Of a stretch of DNA of 64,000 nucleotides, positions 9,205-17,124 are shown in pieces. Under the pieces are notes generated by a model. It worked only from the letters and a program-made list of their open reading frames with translations, had not been told where the DNA came from and did no database searches. The DNA is from Bacillota bacterium (GTDB lineage Bacteria > Bacillota > Clostridia > Peptostreptococcales > Acidaminobacteraceae): assembly GCA_051744845.1 (NCBI GenBank), contig JBNJDJ010000002.1:8319-72318 (forward strand), read 5' to 3'. The translations under genes were made by a program, and so were the position numbers. Every line of letters begins with the position of its first letter. The stretch's first letter is position 1.

Positions 9205-10026
9205 TTATATACCTCTTTCTGCTAATATTAAAATATTGTTTATAAAAGAACTAACATTAATTTTTCCACCTTTATCTCGTTTATCTCTTAAAAAATCCAT
9301 TTCTGCCTTTACATTTTGAAAATCATATAAGTTATTAGAATAACGAGTAAATTTAACATTCATATAATCTTCTATTCCTAAAGCTGCTATATTACTAAGC
9401 CCCTTGGATAAAGCCCTTCTAATCCTTTGTTTGACAGTATTGGGTTTTTCAAATTTATTATACATTTCACTAATTAAAAAATCATTTTGATTATTTTTAT
9501 TAACTTCTAGACAAATCTCTAAAATTTCATTAAAACCTTTTTCACCAGATATACCAATATCATTTAAAATAAACTTTAAATTTTTCATTAATTCATTTTC
9601 AAGATCTTCTTTGTAGTCTTTATCTAAAATGTTGTTAATAGTACTTAATTTTTTTCTATTCATATATGCTTCTTTAACATTTTCACATACATTAATAACT
9701 TCAATTCTATTAATAGGCTTTGTTATAAAAAATTTAACTCCTACTTCATAAGCTTTACTAATTATTTTTTTCTCTGAAACTTTTGAAATCATAATATATT
9801 CTAATAAAAGATGAGAATCATTAATTTTTTTTATAAAGTTTATTCCATCTATCTCAGGCATTAATAAATCTATCAAAATAATATCTGGTTTAAGTTTTTT
9901 AACTTCGTCTATAGCTTCCATAGAATTTTTACTAGTTCCTATTACATCTCCTAAATCATTATCTTCAATAATATTTTCTAAAATTTTAATTACATTAATA
10001 TCATCATCAATTATAAAAAAATTCAT
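9205..10026 (-). CDS. Response regulator, receiver plus YcbB/GlnL-type C-terminal domain
   Basis: N-terminus MNFFIIDDDINVIKILENIIEDNDLGDV...PDIILIDLLMPEIDG...KPI has receiver hallmarks. The roughly 150-aa C-terminal domain has no OmpR/NarL/LytTR pattern. By recollection it matches the YcbB(GlnL) regulator family. The start overlaps the kinase stop (ATGA). Confidence 0.7.
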   Translation of the reverse strand: MNFFIIDDDINVIKILENIIEDNDLGDVIGTSKNSMEAIDEVKKLKPDIILIDLLMPEIDGINFIKKINDSHLLLEYIMISKVSEKKIISKAYEVGVKFFITKPINRIEVINVCENVKEAYMNRKKLSTINNILDKDYKEDLENELMKNLKFILNDIGISGEKGFNEILEICLEVNKNNQNDFLISEMYNKFEKPNTVKQRIRRALSKGLSNIAALGIEDYMNVKFTRYSNNLYDFQNVKAEMDFLRDKRDKGGKINVSSFINNILILAERGI

Positions 10027-11288
10027 ATTTTATGTATCATTCCCTCCTCTATTAAATTCTTTTTTAGCTTTAATTTAAATTTAGTATATTTCTTATATTC
10101 AGTTTCTATAGATATTTCACCTTGAAATTCTTTTTCAATTATTTGTTTAGTAAGTGTTAATCCAACTCCTCTATGAATTTCACCACTTTTAGTAAATTTA
10201 GTTGAAAATCCAGAGTTAAAAATATAATCAATATTTTTTTCCTTAACACCTATTCCATTATCTTTAATAGTAAAATATATATAATTTTTTTCAACATAAT
10301 AACTTAAATTAAGATATAATCTTTTTTTATCACTTTCAAATAAAGCTTCTAATGAATTATCTATTAAATTTCTTAAAACAGACATTAATAAAAAATGTTT
10401 TTTTATAACAAAATTTTCATCTTTTTTAATTAGAAAATGTAATTTCTTTTTATTTTCTTTTTTTTGTTGATTGACCTTCTGCCTTAAAATATCTAAAATC
10501 TCATACATGGTTATCTCATTATAATAATCCTTTTTGAAATGTACTTTACTCAAACCATTTAATATTTCAATATAATTTTTCTTTAATTCATGTACATTTT
10601 GAGCAATTTTTAAAGATTTCTTTTTATTTTTATGAAAATCATTTTTTTCAATATTGTCATAAAGCATATATGCATCTGTCATAACATTTTCAATATATTT
10701 AATATTATTTTTCATTAGATATACTTCTGCTTGAATACCTGAAAAAATACCTAATAGTTCATTATATCTTTTTCTATCAAATTCCTTGTTTATAATCTCT
10801 TTTACATAAAATACAATAAACACTAAAAATATAGATATTACACTTCTTAAAAAAGCTACTAATATCAACTCATTTAAATGCTCAGTTAATACCATTTGTC
10901 TCGAGATTATTTCTGCTGCATTTGCAACTAAGTCACCTAAAAAGACTATAAAAGCCCAATTAAATATTTTGATTTTTCCTTTATCTTTCTTATAATAAAA
11001 AAGGTAAAAAATTAAACCATAAACTAAATCAAAAACTACTATGTTTAAATCTTGATAAAAAAAATCAAGTGTAGATATAGGAGTATTTAAATTAATAATA
11101 GTTCTGAAAGTAACACCAAATATAGATATAAAAACTGCTGTAATAAGAGGATTTAAATCTTCATCAAAATAATAAAATACAGGTAAAATTGCAACAGCTA
11201 ATGAAAATCTGAAAAAGCCTGGAATAATATTAATAAAAACTTGAGTAAATATAGCATCTATCAATGCAATTAATAAAACTTTTTTCAT
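10023..11288 (-). CDS. Membrane sensor histidine kinase, GlnK/YcbA-like
   Basis: About 6 N-terminal TM helices. Candidate phospho-His is in AQNVHELKKNYIEILNGL. GHKL ATPase motifs are RNLIDNSLEA, KDNGIGV and GVGLTL. Confidence 0.7.
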   Translation of the reverse strand: MKKVLLIALIDAIFTQVFINIIPGFFRFSLAVAILPVFYYFDEDLNPLITAVFISIFGVTFRTIINLNTPISTLDFFYQDLNIVVFDLVYGLIFYLFYYKKDKGKIKIFNWAFIVFLGDLVANAAEIISRQMVLTEHLNELILVAFLRSVISIFLVFIVFYVKEIINKEFDRKRYNELLGIFSGIQAEVYLMKNNIKYIENVMTDAYMLYDNIEKNDFHKNKKKSLKIAQNVHELKKNYIEILNGLSKVHFKKDYYNEITMYEILDILRQKVNQQKKENKKKLHFLIKKDENFVIKKHFLLMSVLRNLIDNSLEALFESDKKRLYLNLSYYVEKNYIYFTIKDNGIGVKEKNIDYIFNSGFSTKFTKSGEIHRGVGLTLTKQIIEKEFQGEISIETEYKKYTKFKLKLKKNLIEEGMIHKI

Positions 11289-11292
11289 AAAA

Positions 11293-12279
11293 TCACCTAG
11301 ATTGACTAATAATTTGATAATTTATAATTTTAAAACTATCGTCTTTTTTTAACAATTCATATTTCACTTTAGTGTTAACTTTTACTTTTTCATCATTCTT
11401 TTTTTGAATATAATATTCATTTACATAAACCTCTATATTATCATTATCTTCTAAAATTTTAATAATATTTACTTTATCAAACTCAATATTATAATCAGGT
11501 CTTTCAAAATTCTTTATTTTTTCTAAAATAGAACTATTTTCAAAATAATAATTAAATACATATTTATCTTTTAAATTAAAAAAATCTTGCCAATCTTTAT
11601 TATAATTTGTTAAAAAAGTTTTAATTTTAGTAGATAATTTCACCCAATTTTGGTCTATATCTAAAATTCTAGAAAAATTATAACCTACAGAAATGTCTAA
11701 TTTTGTATTTTTACTATATTTAACTATACCTAAGCCTTCTTTAATTACTCTTTTTTCATAATAATCACTACCTTGTTCATTATGATAAACAGTAATGATA
11801 GTCTTACCATCTTCTGTTTTGATAGACTCAATACTCGATTTAACTTTATATTTGTTACCATTAGAGTCTAATGTAGTTTCTTTCCAAAAATTTCCCTCAA
11901 CTAAAGGAAATTTTAAAATATACAAATTTGTATACTTAGAATCTAACACTAAGTTATTATTATAAGACTGTTGTAAAATTCCATGTTTATCTAATATATA
12001 TTTATAATTAAAAAAATGGTCGTCATATAATTCATCAAAATTTTTAGCTTTTACTTCCCCATTAACATCTAAAATTATTTTATTTTCTTTCCTTATAATA
12101 TCATTTATAAAAACTTCTTGATAATAATCTCCACTTCCACTATAACTTAAAAGTGTTTTTTTATTTGGAAAAAGTTTTAATAACTCATCTTTATTGCCAG
12201 TCATGCCTTCATATTTATCTTGACATCCTGTTAAGATAAATATTAATAAAAAAAATATTATAAATTTTTTTTTAAACAT
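11293..12279 (-). CDS. Lipoprotein of unknown function
   Basis: Signal peptide with lipobox MFKKKFIIFFLLIFILTGC. AAGGA SD before the ATG at 12279 (ORF track gives 12303). 4-nt gaps to both neighbours. No family recognised. Confidence 0.6.
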   Translation of the reverse strand: MFKKKFIIFFLLIFILTGCQDKYEGMTGNKDELLKLFPNKKTLLSYSGSGDYYQEVFINDIIRKENKIILDVNGEVKAKNFDELYDDHFFNYKYILDKHGILQQSYNNNLVLDSKYTNLYILKFPLVEGNFWKETTLDSNGNKYKVKSSIESIKTEDGKTIITVYHNEQGSDYYEKRVIKEGLGIVKYSKNTKLDISVGYNFSRILDIDQNWVKLSTKIKTFLTNYNKDWQDFFNLKDKYVFNYYFENSSILEKIKNFERPDYNIEFDKVNIIKILEDNDNIEVYVNEYYIQKKNDEKVKVNTKVKYELLKKDDSFKIINYQIISQSR

Positions 12280-12283
12280 AGTT

Positions 12284-13057
12284 TTATTCCTTAATTTCTT
12301 CAATTAACTGATCAAAACTATCTATATGTTCAGGAAAAATATTAAAAGTTAATGTTAATTTGCAATCGTCATACTTTTTAGAATTCATAATTATTTGTCT
12401 ATTATATTTTTTTAATTTTTTTGATAAAATATCTTTTTCATCAAGTCCACTAAAAGGGAAAAAACATAAAATCGAATTATTTTTAAAGAAAAAAGCTTCA
12501 TCTGTATCCCATAATTTTTTTCTTAAAAACCTCATATATAAATTTTTAGCACTTTGTTCGAATTTACCATCAAAGGTTAATAAAACAAATGAGATAGAAT
12601 ATTTTCCTTTTTTAGCCTTTTTTATTTCTAATTGTATCTCTTCCTTATAATCTTTAATAAGATGTGGATTAAATTGTTTATCGTTTTCATCATTTTTTAA
12701 ATATTTATTTAAAGTTTTCTCTATCCGTTTATTATCAAAAGGTTTAACTATATACTCATTTATGCCTAGCTTTAATGTCTTTATAAATTCTTTTTTATTA
12801 TTTTCACTTGAAAGTAGTGCTATTGGTTTTTTTAATTTTCTTTCTTTTAGCTCATCAATATAATCATAAATTATTTTACCTTCATCTAAATCTAAAATAA
12901 ATAAATCCAACTTTTTATGATATTGGTTTAATTGACGAAGTGCATCAAATTTAGTCTTAGATATTATTAAATTATAATCATATTTTTCAAATATTTTTTT
13001 AAATCTAAATTCTACTACATTTGTTTTACTTAATAACAATATATTTTTTTTCCTCAT
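12284..13057 (-). CDS. Receiver-domain protein with a C-terminal degenerate GGDEF-like domain
   Basis: Receiver features are LFILDLD (phospho-Asp position) and YIVKPF (conserved Lys). The C-terminal half aligns by eye to the GGDEF fold (SISFVLLTFDG...LRKKLWDTDEAFFFKNNSILCFFPF) with KNNSI in place of GGDEF. AGGAGG SD precedes the start. Confidence 0.55.
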   Translation of the reverse strand: MRKKNILLLSKTNVVEFRFKKIFEKYDYNLIISKTKFDALRQLNQYHKKLDLFILDLDEGKIIYDYIDELKERKLKKPIALLSSENNKKEFIKTLKLGINEYIVKPFDNKRIEKTLNKYLKNDENDKQFNPHLIKDYKEEIQLEIKKAKKGKYSISFVLLTFDGKFEQSAKNLYMRFLRKKLWDTDEAFFFKNNSILCFFPFSGLDEKDILSKKLKKYNRQIIMNSKKYDDCKLTLTFNIFPEHIDSFDQLIEEIKE

Positions 13058-13105
13058 AATATCCTCCTGAAAGGTTACACATATTATTATTATACTATAT
13101 TTGAT

Positions 13106-13136
13106 TATAAAAAAAAAGGAATCAAAAGATTCCTTT
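13106..13136 (-). terminator. Rho-independent terminator after pgmB
   Basis: Stem AAAGGAATC / GATTCCTTT (13115-13123 / 13128-13136) with a 4-nt loop, then a T-run of at least 8 on the minus strand. Confidence 0.75.
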
Positions 13137-13140
13137 AAAA

Positions 13141-13794
13141 CTACTTATATAAGATATTAAAATCAAAATCATCTACTCCATTAAATATATAATCATAATT
13201 ATCTAAATTCTTACTTTCTCCAATAGCAATACTTAACATATTTACACTATTTGCTGCATCAATCCCTGCTTGTGAATCTTCAAATACAACGCATTTATCA
13301 TACTCTACATCTAACTTATCAGCTGCCAATGTAAATACCTCAGGATCTGGTTTAGCTTTTGTTACTACTGTACCATCTGAAATAAATTTAAATTTATCAA
13401 TTAAATTTACTTTTTTCAAAATTGTTTTAGCATTTTTACTAGCAGAACCAATAGCAATTTTCACATCATTTTCAACTAATTTTTCAATTAACTCTAATGC
13501 ACCTGGCAATATTTCTGATTCATCCATTTGATTTACATATTCTAAATACCAATTATTTTTCTTATCTGTCAGTTCTTTTTTTCTTTTATCTGACATTTCT
13601 TTATTACCTAATTCTAAAATAATATCCATACATCTCATTCTACTTACGCCTTTTAATCTTTCATTATCTTCTTTAGTAAATTCAATATCTAATTCTTTAG
13701 CTAATCTTTTCCAAGCTAAAAAATGATATTTAGCTGTATCTACAATTACACCATCTAAATCAAATATTACTGCTTCATATTTCAATTTTTCCAT
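13141..13794 (-). CDS. pgmB: Beta-phosphoglucomutase
   Basis: HAD motifs FDLDGVIVDT, KGVSRMRC, GSASKNA and FEDSQAGI. The ORF-track start at 13803 is GTG; GGAAGGTGA precedes the ATG at 13794. Confidence 0.85.
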   Translation of the reverse strand: MEKLKYEAVIFDLDGVIVDTAKYHFLAWKRLAKELDIEFTKEDNERLKGVSRMRCMDIILELGNKEMSDKRKKELTDKKNNWYLEYVNQMDESEILPGALELIEKLVENDVKIAIGSASKNAKTILKKVNLIDKFKFISDGTVVTKAKPDPEVFTLAADKLDVEYDKCVVFEDSQAGIDAANSVNMLSIAIGESKNLDNYDYIFNGVDDFDFNILYK

Positions 13795-13935
13795 ATTAAT
13801 CACCTTCCTACATATATTATATACTAAGTTAAAAAAAGTTTAATTGTACTATTTAATAATTACTAATCTAATTATAAAATGTCTTTTGTGATATTTTACA
13901 AAAAATAAGATCTATATTTATTTAATAGAGTTTTT

Positions 13936-13944
13936 TGATATAAT
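13936..13944 (+). promoter_or_regulatory. Extended -10 element (TGATATAAT) upstream of the GH65 phosphorylase gene
   Basis: TGaTATAAT at 13936-13944, about 27 nt before the ATG at 13971. No good -35 element. Confidence 0.4.
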
Positions 13945-13970
13945 CTTTATAGAAAGGAAGAAGGTGTAAA

Positions 13971-16238
13971 ATGGAAAAATATATTGAAACAGATCCTTGG
14001 AAAATTGTTCAAAAAGGATTTAATAAAAAAGATAACAGAATCTTAGAAAGTTTGATGAGTTTAGGAAATGGTCATATGGGCCTTAGAGGAAACTTAGAAG
14101 AAAAATATTCTGGTGACTCTCTTAAAGGTACATATATAGCAGGAGTATATTATCCAGATAAAACAAGAGTAGGTTGGTGGAAAAATGGATATCCTGAATA
14201 TTTTGCAAAAGTTCTAAATTCAACAGATCTAATAGGTATTGATGTTAAGATTAATAATAAAGAAATTGATTTAAATGATTTTGATCCTATTGATTTTAAA
14301 AGAGTTCTAGATATGAAAAAAGGTATCTTAAAAAGAACTTTTAAATTGAAAATTAATAATGATATGTTTGAATTTGAAATAATAAGGTTTTTATCCATGC
14401 AAGCGGTTGAATTAGGTGCTATAAAATATTCAATTAAATCTTTATCAAATAAAGCTGAAATTGAACTTAATTCATTTCTTAACGGCAATGTTTATAATGA
14501 AGATGCAAATTATGGAGATTACTTTTGGAAAGAAATCGCAACTAATCATAAAAATATAACTTTAAAAACTAAAAAGATTGATTTTAAAGTTACTTCCGCT
14601 ATGGAAAATGAAATAAACAAAAAAATAAATTCTAATTTATCTTTAGAAGATAAAAAAACAAATGAAGTTTTTAAATATAAATTAGATAAAGGTGAAGAAA
14701 TTGTTTTAAATAAATATTTTACAGTTACTACTAATAGGGATTATTCAGATGATCAATTAATAAATAAAGCTAATGATAATTTAAAAATAGCTACAAATCA
14801 AGGTTTTGACAATTTATTAAAAAATCATATTAAAAAATGGGCAAATATTTGGGAAACTAGTGATATAGTTGTTAAAGGCGATATCAAAGCTCAACAAGGA
14901 ATTCGCTTTAATATTTTTCAATTAAAACAAACTTATCATGGACATGATCCAAGATTAAATATTGGTCCAAAAGGTTTTACTGGAGAAAAATATGGTGGTA
15001 GTACTTACTGGGATACTGAAGCGTATTGCTTACCATTTTATTTAAGTACTTCAGATCAAGAAATTTCTAAAAATTTATTAAAATATAGACATAACCATCT
15101 TAAAAAAGCTATTGAAAATGCTGATAAACTCGATTTAGATGGCGCATTGTATCCAATGGTTACTATGAATGGGGAAGAATGCCATAATGAATGGGAAATT
15201 ACTTTTGAAGAAATTCATAGAAATGGCGCTATAGCATATGCAATTAAAAACTATATTAATTACACTGGAGATAAAGATTACTTACTTCCTAAAGGTTTAG
15301 AAGTATTAATTCAAATTTCTAAATTCTGGGCTGATAGAGTACATTTCTCTAAAAGAAAAAATAAATATGTTATGCACGGAGTTACAGGACCAAATGAATA
15401 CGATAATAATGTTAATAACAACTGGTATACAAATAAAATTGCTAAGTGGACTTTAAAATATACATTAGATTCTTTGAAATATGCAAAAAATACAGATAAA
15501 AAAATATATAATAAATTAGTTAAAGAAGCTAACTTAAATATTGAAGAAACTAAAAAATGGGAAGATATTATTAATAATATATATCTTGGATATGATGAAA
15601 AGCTTGATATATTTTTACAACAAGATGGTTATTTAGATAAAGAACAAAAAACAGTCAAAGATATACCAAAAGATCAACTGCCACTTGTAAAAAATTGGTC
15701 TTGGGATAAAATACTAAGATCACCTTATATTAAGCAAGCTGATGTATTACAAGGAATATTTTTCTTTGAAGATGAATTTAATCAAGATGAAAAGAAAAGA
15801 AATTTTGATTTTTATGAACCAAGAACAGTTCATGAATCTTCTTTATCTCCTTGCATATATTCAATTGTTGCTGCGGATATAGGATATAAAGAAAAAGCTT
15901 ATGAATTATATCTTAGAACTGCTAGATTAGATCTAGAAGATTATAATAAGGATACTAATGAAGGACTTCATATAACTTCTATGGCTGGAACTTGGATGTC
16001 TATTGTATATGGTTTTGGTGGATTTAGAGTTAAAAATAATAATATCCATTTAAATCCATATCTTCCTGAAAACTGGGATGCATATGAATTTAAAATATTA
16101 TTTAGAAATAATTTACTAAATATTAATTTAGATAATGATAAGTTAGAAATAAACTTAGAAAAAGGAAATGAATTAAATATTTTTATAAAAGATAAAAAGT
16201 ATTTATTAAAAGATTCATTAAAAATAAATATTGATTAA
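13971..16238 (+). CDS. GH65 disaccharide phosphorylase (maltose/kojibiose/trehalose phosphorylase family)
   Basis: 755 aa with N-terminal SLMSLGNGHMGLRGN and central GEKYGGSTYWDTE blocks typical of GH65. It is divergent from pgmB, the classic functional partner. Confidence 0.85.
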   Translation: MEKYIETDPWKIVQKGFNKKDNRILESLMSLGNGHMGLRGNLEEKYSGDSLKGTYIAGVYYPDKTRVGWWKNGYPEYFAKVLNSTDLIGIDVKINNKEIDLNDFDPIDFKRVLDMKKGILKRTFKLKINNDMFEFEIIRFLSMQAVELGAIKYSIKSLSNKAEIELNSFLNGNVYNEDANYGDYFWKEIATNHKNITLKTKKIDFKVTSAMENEINKKINSNLSLEDKKTNEVFKYKLDKGEEIVLNKYFTVTTNRDYSDDQLINKANDNLKIATNQGFDNLLKNHIKKWANIWETSDIVVKGDIKAQQGIRFNIFQLKQTYHGHDPRLNIGPKGFTGEKYGGSTYWDTEAYCLPFYLSTSDQEISKNLLKYRHNHLKKAIENADKLDLDGALYPMVTMNGEECHNEWEITFEEIHRNGAIAYAIKNYINYTGDKDYLLPKGLEVLIQISKFWADRVHFSKRKNKYVMHGVTGPNEYDNNVNNNWYTNKIAKWTLKYTLDSLKYAKNTDKKIYNKLVKEANLNIEETKKWEDIINNIYLGYDEKLDIFLQQDGYLDKEQKTVKDIPKDQLPLVKNWSWDKILRSPYIKQADVLQGIFFFEDEFNQDEKKRNFDFYEPRTVHESSLSPCIYSIVAADIGYKEKAYELYLRTARLDLEDYNKDTNEGLHITSMAGTWMSIVYGFGGFRVKNNNIHLNPYLPENWDAYEFKILFRNNLLNINLDNDKLEINLEKGNELNIFIKDKKYLLKDSLKINID

Positions 16239-16262
16239 ATAGTCCTCTCTTCTTTATATAAT

Positions 16263-16305
16263 AAAAGAGTCCATATTATTAATTTAATAATGGACTCTTT
16301 TTTAT
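16263..16305. terminator. Terminator hairpin between the GH65 gene and the hemerythrin-like gene
   Basis: 12-bp stem AAAAGAGTCCAT / ATGGACTCTTTT (16263-16274 / 16290-16301), followed by a T-run on the plus strand. Confidence 0.75.
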
Positions 16306-16308
16306 TCT

Positions 16309-16695
16309 TTATTTTATATATTCACGATCTTCTCTTTTTATATGTTGTATAATCCAAACTGAAATATATTTTGCTAGATCATTTAAAAATTTATCTTCAT
16401 TTTCAATAACATTTTTATATTCAATATTTTTCAAATAAGAAACAAATTTTTTATGTTTTTCAATATGTTTTTCTTTACTGTCAAAATCAATATCTTCAAA
16501 ATATTTTTCTTCTGAATCAAAATGATAAACTGTATAATCAATTAATTCATTAATTATTTCTAAAATTTCATTAATTTTTTCTTTTTTAGAATCATTTAAT
16601 AATTCTTTTAACTTATTACCAATTTCAAAAAGTTTTTTGTGTTGTTTATCAATTTCTTTTACCCCGAGTTTATATTCATCATTCCACTTAAACAT
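16309..16695 (-). CDS. Hemerythrin-like metal-binding protein
   Basis: MFKWNDEYKLGVKEIDKQHKKLFE start, plus His/Glu/Asp ligand spacing (YHFDSEEKYF, HIEKHKKF, QHIKREDRE). Confidence 0.75.
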   Translation of the reverse strand: MFKWNDEYKLGVKEIDKQHKKLFEIGNKLKELLNDSKKEKINEILEIINELIDYTVYHFDSEEKYFEDIDFDSKEKHIEKHKKFVSYLKNIEYKNVIENEDKFLNDLAKYISVWIIQHIKREDREYIK

Positions 16696-16704
16696 ATTCC
16701 TCCT

Positions 16705-17124
16705 TTATTCAAAATTAAATTCACTTATTAGATTATACCCATTTTTTCTTAACATTCTAGCTGTCAGTCCTGAACCGGAGATTTTATTTTTAGAAAATGT
16801 CCCATCGGCAATTTTTTTAACTCCACATGAAGGACTACCTTCTTTTAAAATAATCCCTTCAATATTATTGTATAAAGTAATAATTTTTAATGTTTCCTCA
16901 GCACCTTTTATAAATTTATAGGTAAAATCATTTCCAAATTTATCCTTAACTTTTTTATCAATAATTTCTACAGGTTCTCTAGGAGTAGATAAACCTCCTA
17001 ATTGTTCTGGACAAATTGGTACAAACTTTTTATCTTTTAAAAAATTTAAAATTTTTTCAGACTTATTATTTTCACCATTATATTTACAATTAATTCCTAA
17101 TAAACACGCACTAACAAAATACAT
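16705..17124 (-). CDS. DUF523 / TudS-like (2-thiouracil desulfurase family) Fe-S protein
   Basis: VSACLLGINCKYNG, ICPEQLGGL and GSPSCG Cys motifs. The start overlaps the mutS2 stop by 1 nt (TAATG). Confidence 0.65.
   Translation of the reverse strand: MYFVSACLLGINCKYNGENNKSEKILNFLKDKKFVPICPEQLGGLSTPREPVEIIDKKVKDKFGNDFTYKFIKGAEETLKIITLYNNIEGIILKEGSPSCGVKKIADGTFSKNKISGSGLTARMLRKNGYNLISEFNFE

Noticed and set aside
13884-13903. Inverted repeat TTTTGT-N8-ACAAAA between divergent pgmB and the GH65 gene as a LacI/CcpA-type operator (cre)
   Set aside because: It lacks the central CG typical of cre and LacI-family sites. The arms are low-complexity A/T plus one G, easily produced by chance in this composition. 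No cognate regulator gene is nearby.
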